The translations under genes were made by a program, and so were the position numbers. From the NCBI RefSeq assembly GCF_002571385.2, contig NW_019218411.1, forward strand, positions 81,750 through 145,749: DNA of 64,000 bases, read 5' to 3'. Below are positions 51,419 through 61,322 of this stretch, piece after piece (position 1 is the stretch's first letter; each line of letters opens with the position of its first letter). Below the pieces are notes generated by a model. It saw only the letters and a list, made by a program, of their open reading frames with translations. It did not search any database and was not told where the DNA came from. This DNA comes from Stylophora pistillata (taxonomy: Eukaryota).

Positions 51419-53218
51419 AATTTGACTTGGAGACATATAAAAATCCACTTTTTATAACGAATAACCACATTTATGTCAATTTATTTTCTAAGGCGAGAAA
51501 CTTCTCACTTTTTATGGTTTGTATGTCACTTGGTTACTACTGAGGTGTTTGTAAATCTCAAATTTTCCCGCATTTCTTAGATATGATGGGAATGGTCAGT
51601 CACCAATGTTTTGCAAACCACAGTCCTGTGGCAGATGGTCAACTCGCTGTCGCAAGTATACCAGTTACATCTGGTCCTTACGTTATGGAGTCCCCCCTTA
51701 GACATGTTTCCCCTTGCGTCTCCCCATACTTCAGTAACGCTCCACAGTAGACACTGGTAAACACTAAGGTCACAGCCTATCGTCGACGTCATCTTCATTG
51801 AATAAAATAAGAAAAAAAAAGCACTAAGTAAACGCAGAAACCACCGTGCACTGAGATTTGCCGACAAAATTGCTGCAAGAGTTCTTACCGAGTAGATGAA
51901 GAATGTTACGATTTAACATCTTACACGTGTAAGTACATTTTAATAAAAGAAAAACAAAATGCATTTGTGTGTTTCATACAGAGGTAACTATAACGACTGA
52001 ATTGTGTTCAGTAAGTATTTCACTTCTACAGTGGGGAATCATGTGACGTCACAACCCCCGTATTCGTGAATTTTAACAATCTTTTAAGTTCAAACGCTCA
52101 CTTTTTTCTTGACGGTTGGCTTGAATGCTCGGATACTTTCAAATTTTAATACCGAAATATATTTTTTGAGGTATCACATTTCATTGGAAAACTCTCGAGA
52201 CACTAGCATCTCGTTTCTCTTTGCTTGCTTCTTATGATCGTGAATCAACGTAGTATAACTGTTTTACTTTTGTGTTTTATTTTCGAACACGATCTATTGC
52301 TGAGTTTAAGTTTTTGCCCTTTACTACACGTTCACGGGTTTCCTTGGTGTTTAAATATCAAGATACTCACAGTGACACGGGCTAGCATACAAAAAGCACG
52401 ATTTGCATTGTGATCACTGAGCAGTGGTGAGAAGATAGTTTTTTTTCAATTAATTTTTTTTCAATTAATCGCTTGTGGGTCATGGAGATTTCTTTGTGCA
52501 GCCTGCGTCTACTACATAACCTACTGTCCAAAAACTTCAAAGAAAACCTTAACACAACTACCTTGAACTCGCCTTACTTTCATACCCTTTCATCGATCAA
52601 TTAAAAATTCCCCTAGCTTTTCACATGGACATAGTGACGAGTCGACTATCTTTTTCAGACCAAGACAATCCAATAAGGGAGGTGCCATTTGATTATTAAA
52701 TCTTCACTCATCTCATTGCTCTCTTCAAGAACATGATTTGATATGTGCGGTAATTCCAGTTATGCTCAATCCTTACATGAAGATTTTTCGGAAACATGCT
52801 TCAGAATTTTCAGCAGCACTGCTATTTTTCCAACAATTTTTCTTGACGTTTTTTTGTGACTTGTCTTTTCGACTTTTTCTTAGCCTATTTTCTTTATTTT
52901 CCCCTTTTTTTCCAAATATTTTCCCGACTTTTCCTCCACCTTATTTCTCAAAATTTAACCTGACTTTTATCCAGGCTTGTTTTCCCTAATTTTTCCTTGC
53001 CTTTTTTCTTTCACTTTTTTTCTGGAGATTTCCCCAGCTTTTCTGCCAATTCTCTTATCTCTTTTGGGTACCCTCTATTTTGGCCCCCCGTTTCTCGACA
53101 AAGGGACCCCATAAAATTAAAAGTCAGTTTCTGAAATGAACCATTCTAAGTAGTATTCTCCTCCACATAATTTTTCAGGAGTGTATTACTCACACATTAA
53201 TCTACATAGTTTATTTAA

Positions 53219-53803
53219 TGCAATAAATATAAGATCAATTGCTCCGACTGCCAAGCCTCCTGCATCGGAGAGACTGGCAGAAACCTCACAACAAGACCGA
53301 CTGAACACAGACGGGCGACGAGGAAAGGTGATGTCAACAATCACATTGCTGATAGACTTACGAACCACAATATTGACTGAGGCTCTGCGCAATGCCTAAC
53401 CTACTTCACTGACTACTTTCAACGACTGACTCTGGAAAGCTGGTTTACTAACTTAGAACAGACTTCTCTAAACCGGTGTCAACTACTACCGACTCCATAC
53501 AAACGACTTATTCACGACATAGACATTACAAACGAACCGAACAGAATGACCTAACTTTACCGACGGATCGAAACAGACCAATCGCGACCGCCCTACGCCA
53601 CTTGAGTCTTTCAGCCAATAACATCACGGCAAAACTGACCAATCATTTTACACGAACTGAAATACTAAGAACGTTCTACTGACAACAACTATTCACTTGA
53701 CTCTGATGATGACTTCCGCACGGGTTGTCGAAACGTCAGTCACTACCACCGACAACAGTCCTTCTCAGGACTACCCTCACCCGGACGATCACACCACACT
53801 TTC
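53219..53803 (+). mobile_element. 5'-truncated Penelope-like retroelement (GIY-YIG endonuclease end plus pLTR/3' UTR)
   Basis: CSDCQASCIGETGRNLTTRPTEHRRATRKGDVNNHIA; flanked by the 15-bp direct repeat ACATAGTTTATTTAA (53204-53218 and 53804-53818). Confidence 0.88.
53698..53742 (+). ncRNA. Minimal type I hammerhead ribozyme motif of the Penelope element
   Basis: Stem I TGACT/AGTCA; core CTGATGA (53703-53709); stem II GAC...GTC; GAAA (53730-53733); palindromic ACGT in place of stem III; predicted GUC cleavage after 53737. Confidence 0.75.
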
Positions 53804-54613
53804 ACATAGTTTATTTAAGCCACACTTTTTTCCTGTTCCTCTAAACAATGGTCGCGCAGGACATGCCAACCTAATTGAAACATTTTCGATCTAGGGATGG
53901 GTTGCAGCGATATCTTCATGCACTTGATTTTGTACGTGACTACTTAATTACATTCATTTGATAATTATATTACAGACGCAAACAACGACGTTTAATGTTA
54001 CTTAAATGGTTTAATAAAGCTGCTTAAACACAACCTTTTGTTCATTTTCTCTACTTTTTTTCTGTTTCAGTTGAATTGAACATCTTACGAAATCTCAGAA
54101 CAAACTAACCTTAAATCATAGCTTTTGAATATGTGGAAAGTGCAACCAGTAAGGTTTCAATTAGAAATACTAAAAAGACCATATGCATATAATTATCAGT
54201 GTTTACATAGCGATTGGTTCTTGCTCAAATTGTTTAATAGAGGATAGACGCTTATATGAAGTCACCATAAAAAACCTTGTGTTTGTTTATCATATACAAC
54301 AAATAGATTCCATATTGTCGAGGGTATTTTCAGGAATGTGCCACAGAAAATGTAAAAGTTGATAAGAAAATCTGTCATACCCTCGGCTACCCTCACGTGC
54401 CCCTTCTTTTCGTTTTTGCCATCTTTTGACGACATCTGGGATCTATTGCAAAATAAACATACGGTGAATTACAATATTTTTCTTAAATGGTTTATATACC
54501 ATATTTAAACAGTCATGCATGGTCTTGAGTCCCAAAAAGAATCGTGTCCTCTTCGACTCTCGCGTTCTTCCGGCCTTTTCAAAATTTTAGCTTTGGCTGC
54601 TCTGCTTATCGAG

Positions 54614-55786
54614 TCATGATAGAATGTCCACAGAAATAACTGCGCAGGATGTTTTTGCTGGTTCTTCATATGAAGATTTTAATGGGAACTGCTTTCTGCG
54701 AAGCGGGACATTGCTTGTATCACAGTCTTGCAACCTTTTCAGTTTTCTACCCTTTGCTATGGAAGTTTTAATATTTCTTTTACCCGTCATAACTTTTAAT
54801 TCACGAAAAAATCTTGGAATGAATGAAAAGCAAAGCCATGGATTAATTGCACAATAACAACTTGCCAATAGCCACGCGATGTAAGACACAGTCTCGAAGC
54901 TTTTGTTACACATAGGAACCGCCCAAGGTGGAAAAAGGCTTATAAAACTTATCACGATATGTAGCGTCCAACAAATAAAAAAGGAAGCAACCGTAGCGAT
55001 GGCCATCCTAAGAAGATTTCGGGTGCATTCCCGTCTCTGTTTCGTTCCCTTTTCACTTCGACATGACAACATTTTGTCATCCCGAGCGTGAAAAGCGATG
55101 ACAGTGTACAAAGCGGAAATAAGAAGCAATGGCAGAATCAACACGGTAGTAAATAGAAATATGCTGTAGCGACGACGTGCTAATCTGTCATCGAAAGCTG
55201 GTTCCCAATTTTGTTGACATACTTGTATATAATGACCCTGATTGTCAACAACTTTGGCCAGTCGACAAGTGTAAAAATACGGCGAGTGAAACGCTGCAGC
55301 TAAGATCCAAGTTGAAGCGACAAGAATGGGGCATCTTTTGGAGGAGGTCGACCTATAGAGAAGAGGACATGCAACTGCAAGGAATCGCTCAACGGCGATC
55401 ATGACTAAGCTCAAGGTTGAGACAGACAACGACATATCGCTAACGAAACTACAAATTTTGCAAAGAACTGTGCCTCCAATTCCGTGGACGAGGAAAGCAT
55501 TGGACTTGGTGATTTCTTCTGTGATAAGGCGAGGAAGTAGAAAAATCGCTACAAGTAGGTCGGATGCAGCCATGTTAGTAATTAATAGCAGCCATTTTTC
55601 TTTTATCCTCACAGAGGCGACGATCAATAGGAGGTTTCCAACTAAAGATCCTAAAAACGAGAAAAAATGTATCGCGATAGAAACATGACTGTGACTTAAT
55701 CTATTACTGCACTGTTCAGTAGAGGTCGTCTCGTTGTTTGAACTTAATTCGAGGTGATTAAACGAAGCATTTTCAATGGCTGCCAT
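54614..55786 (-). CDS. Intronless class A GPCR (390 aa), paralog of the GPCR at 1-1020
   Basis: ATG at 55786 (MAAIENASF, N-glycosylation sequons); GN, NMAASDLL, CKIC, AVERF, YSIFLFTTVL, CWTL, ASCYCAINPWLC. Confidence 0.92.
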   Translation of the reverse strand: MAAIENASFNHLELSSNNETTSTEQCSNRLSHSHVSIAIHFFSFLGSLVGNLLLIVASVRIKEKWLLLITNMAASDLLVAIFLLPRLITEEITKSNAFLVHGIGGTVLCKICSFVSDMSLSVSTLSLVMIAVERFLAVACPLLYRSTSSKRCPILVASTWILAAAFHSPYFYTCRLAKVVDNQGHYIQVCQQNWEPAFDDRLARRRYSIFLFTTVLILPLLLISALYTVIAFHARDDKMLSCRSEKGTKQRRECTRNLLRMAIATVASFFICWTLHIVISFISLFPPWAVPMCNKSFETVSYIAWLLASCYCAINPWLCFSFIPRFFRELKVMTGKRNIKTSIAKGRKLKRLQDCDTSNVPLRRKQFPLKSSYEEPAKTSCAVISVDILS

Positions 55787-56304
55787 AACTTCGCGTTGTA
55801 ACAAGCTGTGTCAAAAAACTCTCTCAAGGGTAAGGCCAACTAAGAAGCCCCTTTCAATTATCGCACGCAACAGTGATTTGTTAGCGATATCTGGTTTGGC
55901 TTCCCTTGGCAGAAATCTAAACTGTTTTGGTGAACACAGCCTTCTACGACAATACACATCCGCCCAATGCTTCCTGCGTAAATGATAAATTCGCTCATTT
56001 ACCGTTGGAATAAAGATGAACTTTATCACGCAATACGTTAGAAAATTTGCCGCACCAACTAGAAAATATCACAAAAAAAACAATGTCGATAGCTTTGACT
56101 GCCTTTTTCTCACTGTGCAAACAATGAGTGGGAAGATGATTGCGGTATAATGGACGGTGCATGATTCACAAACTGTCGAATGAAGACAAACGTCGCCATC
56201 AAAATGATTTCTGTATCCTTCAAATCCGACAGTTTACTCAATTATTGAATTTCAAACCACTCAAACTTCATTTGAAAACTGTCCTTTAACACCTTCTTTA
56301 GACA

Positions 56305-56648
56305 TTGGTTGAACAGATGGATATTTACTTGATTCTCTACTTTAATATTTGAAACTGACTTTAAAAAAATTTGTTTGAACAGAAAAATTACAAAAATCCA
56401 AGCCGCGCTTAATATTTGAAAAGAAGCAGCTGCTTCGAAAATATACCCATGAATATTTTCATCAATGGCTTGATCAGAAATTGGTTGAACAGATGGATAT
56501 TTACTTGCTTCTCTACTTTAATATTTGAAAACTTAAAAAAAAATTTGTTCGAACAGAAAAATGACAAAAATCCTAGCCGCGCTTAATATTTGAAGAGGCA
56601 GCTGCTTCGAAAATATACCCGTGAATATTTGCATTAATGGTTTGATCA
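56305..56648. repeat. ~172-bp direct tandem duplication upstream of the GPCR
   Basis: ATTGGTTGAACAGATGGATATTTACTTG...GCAGCTGCTTCGAAAATATACCC...TGATCA at 56305 and 56480. Confidence 0.9.
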
Positions 56649-56709
56649 ACTTTTATAACCTAAATATATTACTAGCTTTCGTCGAGAATCAGACCCAAAC
56701 TGCAAAATA

Positions 56710-56710
<1 letters not shown>

Positions 56711-56756
<46 letters not shown>
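56711..56756. repeat. Compound (TA)5(TG)18 microsatellite
   Basis: Direct reading. Confidence 0.95.
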
Positions 56757-56759
<3 letters not shown>

Positions 56760-57709
56760 CCCTTCTATTTAATGCACAGTACAAGACTGAATAAGTCGGT
56801 TCAGTGTTTAAAAAATTAACTAGTGCTCTTGATGATACTTTCTTTTTCGTTAATGGCTTTCTTCAAAGCAGAGCATTGTTTCAAGTGGCTCGATGTGAAG
56901 TAATCAAAATAATTCCATTTTTTTTCTTCTGGAAGCGCATTTCACAGGTGGTTTCGGCTTGCTAAGAGAGAAATAAGCGTCCTTAAAAAAAATTGAAGAT
57001 ACGGGGACTCACGCACGCAGCCTTTGCTTGATGATATTATGCCAAACAAGTAGATAGTGCTTTTCGCGCAGGTTGATTGGCTAGTTGAAAGTTGATCATT
57101 ACTAGCATTTACTATTTATCTTCACCTCGGCGAATAATTGTTATTTATTCGGATTGTTCACAATCACAACTACCTCTAGATCAAAATAGTCTTCATTCAT
57201 TCATTCATTCTCTGAGAGGCAACTTAACTTAGCGCTCTGTGTACACAAATAGGAGAAAAAGTTGACTTTCCGATATCAGCTAGTACCTGAACATATAAAG
57301 CTTTAGCTTTGGAGCTACTCTAGGTGGGTTGCAAGTAAACCCCGTAGACCAAACTATATATCTTTAAGTGGGATGAGTGAAATATTAGAAGAGCGTTCAC
57401 AAAGTGCTTAAAATCTAATGATACTGTTAATAGGATTTTTCCATTTGAATCCTTTCTGAAAGAACACTTAGATAGGACAAATATGGTTTAGTGATGCAAC
57501 CCTTTGTTTTTCACATAGCTGTGTGCAAATCAGAACAAGTAAGCGAGCATCTATCAATATCCATCAGGTATCCCAGCTGAAACTTGACTAGTTCGTGGAG
57601 ATAGATTTTCCTGTCGCTATCAAATGGGCTAACTACCAGAAAAAAGACCTAGAAAGGGGAATTAGTGATAAAACAGAGTTAGTTCATGGTTAGACGTCAT
57701 AGTCCTCTT

Positions 57710-57960
57710 GATCGAATAAGGGCCATAAACCCTTTGTTCCTGTCTGCTGCATCTTCTCCCACATAGTTCTCAAGAAGCGTAGGGAACGTAGCTCCCGGTG
57801 CAGTGGTCTGGTCTCAATTCCAAAATAAGGAGTATCTACCAAAATCTCCTTCAAAAATTGTAAGTTGCCTAATGCCGTCTAGCCAAAGTCCCCGGAAAAG
57901 TGTTGTAAGACGCAATGAGTGAATGGATATGGCGCTATTGAAATCCTTCTTTATAAATAT
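57710..57960 (+). mobile_element. 3' half of a SINE related to the element at 22571-23032
   Basis: Shares GCCAAAGTCCCC(G/C)GAAAAGTGTTGT and GTGGTCT segments; ends GGATATGGCGCTAT like the L2 tail. Confidence 0.65.
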
Positions 57961-59084
57961 TACTAAATTATTTTTCTTATTATCTACAATATCACCGTTA
58001 GCGGGGAATCTTTGGTGAAGTCAAACGTTGAAAAAACTTGAAAAAAAAAAAATTAGCGACTGGGACCTCACCGAAGGTACTCTGATGGTCAAGGACTAAA
58101 ATCAAGCCGTCAATTTCTCTGGACCATAGTTGGAGTACATCTGCTTTTATTCTTAAAATCTCAGGCCAATCGGGCAATATTCTCCCAACGAGGTCGTTGT
58201 ACAGCTTGTTTCGTAATGGTATTAAGAATAAGAGGAGTCCAATTCGGTCTGTAATCAGACGAGTGAAAACATTTGTTTATCACAAGTATTTTTATCACGA
58301 GTATGACTACAGACCAAATTAGACTCCACTCAATCTTATTACTAATTAATCATAAAAGTTACAATTACCGAGAAATGTAAAATAGCCACGTTACGAAAGG
58401 AAGGGAATTTTGCAGTAAAAGAAACCAAGTTTGTGATTGGTTGATTTAAACTAGAACTTTGCATGTGCACGTGATTGGCTTATTGTACGGTCTGATAATA
58501 ACTTGGCATTTGAATTAGTGGAAAATAAGAGTTTTTTAAACCAATCACAATCAAGGCAATTGTAATTTTTAAGATTAATAGGATTATACATATCACGCAT
58601 GACTAACGGCCCACTTTGATAGCTGGTGCCCATTCAGTTCCCAGCTCTGGTAAACTCTATTGAATTCTTACCTATCATGTCATGTTACGGCAGCATAACA
58701 TAGATGAAGTGGAACAGGGATACGGACATTGACGCGATCCGGAGAGGCATGGTGTCTGGTTGGGATAAAAAGTCGCCACAGGAATATCTTCACATTCTAC
58801 CACTGACATAAAAAATTGAAGGTTTTTTTTTTTCCTTTGGTCAGTTGGTAGAACAACGCATTAACCTTTGCCCTTATATGGTGAACATTCACTCAGGCGC
58901 ATTGATGTTAATAATATTAGATTAAATTTCCAAAATAGCGAAAAAGGACCGCTGTAAGCTGTCAAGTTATCGACCATGAAGAGCTTAACAAAACATAAAG
59001 TTGTCGCACAGGAATATGTACATATATCCACACAAAGCCAGTTAGTCGTGGTGCTTCAAAGTAGTAAGAATTACAGGACATACG

Positions 59085-59450
59085 TAACTGTTCTGACCAA
59101 GATTGTCAACCTCTCTATTAACACCGCTGTGATGCCTGACTGTTTCAAGTTGGCTATGCTTAATCCATTGCTGAAAAAGACGGGTCTGGATTTTGAGGTT
59201 CTTGCTAATTTTAGACAAATCTCTAATTTAGTTTTTATGTCAAAGCTTACCAGCAGAGCTATCGTTCTGCAGCTGATTGATTATATCACGATAAATAACC
59301 TTGATGAAGCTTTCCAATCTGCTTACAAATAACTGCATAGTGCTGAGACGGCTCTTCTCAGAGTCCAAAATGATATTTTGATAGCTTTAGATAATCATCA
59401 GTCAGTCATTTTACTACTTTTAGATTTGTCCGCTGGGTTCGACACGGCTA
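59085..59450 (+). mobile_element. L2/CR1 LINE reverse-transcriptase fragment (pseudogenised)
   Basis: LTKIVNLS...PLLKK...[14 protein letters not shown]...[22 protein letters not shown]...[12 protein letters not shown]. Confidence 0.85.
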
Positions 59451-60818
59451 TTTATTACTCGTGGCCAGCTTCCTGGCCATTAGTAATAATAACTATTATA
59501 ATCTGATGCCAAACGGTGGCACATGAAACCCGATTAAACAAAACAACATTAATAACAACCCTCGGTCGTTTGGGCTTCACCGGCTCAGGAAAATTCTTAA
59601 ATGAAATGTTGTTTTAATTGTTTTGATCAAAAACTAAAGGCCTAGCCAAACGAGAACACATATCTCTAAACTATGTCTCCATGTCTCGCGGAAACACGAA
59701 ATGTAAAAATTCTTCTCGAAAGACACCCGCGAAGGTAGAAAGTAATCTTGAGAAATACTACTATTACCAGTATTATTTGACCTTCGGAGCTACTACCAGA
59801 GCCTGTGTCAGATCTGTACGGCTGTAACTGGTTAGATTCTAGAAGCCTCCAAATAGACAAAGCTTCATTGCGTTAAATCATTTTCAGTCAATCAGCGGGA
59901 AGCCAGTTTGCTGATCTACGGCTTCGCAAATGATAACAGCAGGACCGCAAACGATCCCGGACCGCAAATGATTCCCAAAGTGGACCGGAAATGATACCGG
60001 ACCGGAAATGATCCCTGATGGGGACCGCAAATGATCCCGACTAAAAAATAAGGATTGGGGTGGATGTCGGAGTGGTGAGGATAGGGAATTGGGATGAATA
60101 GCAATTATTTTTATTAAAAGCATCTTAAATTATGGCTTACAACTGGCTTCTTTCTGTTACTTTTTTCATACTACGATGCTATGAATGGCACCTTCATAAA
60201 CGGACTTAGAATTCTCTCTACTATATATCTTCAAATTATAACCGAGATTCTTTTCGACAACACAATAAACGCGACATATTCTTCCTTAACTAGTTACACA
60301 TTGGTATGCCGGCGTGGTGTACCGTTCTATCTTTAAATCAAATCGTATCAGTCCATTGACGTCGCCCGGCTGGCAACAACAGCAACAATGTCAGTAAAAA
60401 CAACAAGAACATGGTGTTTTAGACTAATAAGTTTCCACCCAACGTGCGGCTTGTTTTTGTTGTACCTAATTCCAAACTAAAATTCATCCATTAAGCACCA
60501 TTACAGAAGATGCTGTCATCTGAGTAGTACTGCAACGCTCCATCGCTCCACCGCTCTCAAAAACCCCTTGTGAGTAGCACTGGAATTTTCTTCCACATTT
60601 TGGACAAATTTCTTCTGTGATTTTTCCGTGGCCATACTTTTGCTTTAATTCAACGGCAATGGCTAATTGGGAGTGCTGAGAAGCCATTGGTTCCAGGCTC
60701 TGTGAATGAAGCTCAGCTTCATGGCCAAGTAAGGCCATATCTCCAGTGGCTTGCGCTTCGTTTTGAAAATCAGCGGGATAGATAACTTTCAATCCCGTCT
60801 CTTCTTAGCTTGATACTA

Positions 60819-61183
60819 GGGACTTTAAGAAACCACGACGGCGACGCCAAGGAAGACTTCGATTAAAAAATGAATTTCTACTCTTAGTTAGAATTTCAAA
60901 AATGGCTGCAGGAGCTTACTGTCTCATACAGCGCCACTGCTCAACTTCAGCATGACGTATAAAGTAGCCGTTGAGTTCCAAATGGAAATTAAAATAATTT
61001 GCCGTCGCGGTTTCGGTTCGCAGACGACGCAAATTTTGGCGATTTCACGTTGTTGTTTTGCATAGGACGGCTAAGAAATGTACAAAGTTTCAAAACGCAC
61101 GTGCTGAGCTATTGTTCTGCCAATTAGATCTCTTGTTTTTCCACGTCCTCGTTGCCGTCGCCGTCGTGGTTTCTTAAGGTCCC
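60819..61183. mobile_element. MITE with TA duplication nested in the OTU-coding region
   Basis: TA-GGGACTTTAAGAAACCACGACGGCGACG... / ...CGTCGCCGTCGTGGTTTCTTAAGGTCCC-TA; same family as 4022-4387. Confidence 0.88.
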
Positions 61184-61250
61184 TAATATCGCCACCGGGA
61201 TTTGGAGCATGTTGATGAGGCTCCATTCCATAGACCTTCTATAGCCATTC

Positions 61251-61322
61251 TTCCATTCACCTTCCATTCACCTTCCATTCACCTTCCATTCACCTTCCAT
61301 TCACCTTCCATTCACCTTCCAT
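61251..61322. repeat. 11-bp minisatellite (TTCCATTCACC) x6.5
   Basis: Direct reading; expanded from the MEGEW codons of the OTU relic. Confidence 0.95.

Noticed and set aside
59924-60040. CRISPR-like array of GGACCGCAAATGATCCC repeats
   Set aside because: Repeats are degenerate with 0-7 nt between them, there are no cas genes, and the context is a eukaryotic transposon terminus.
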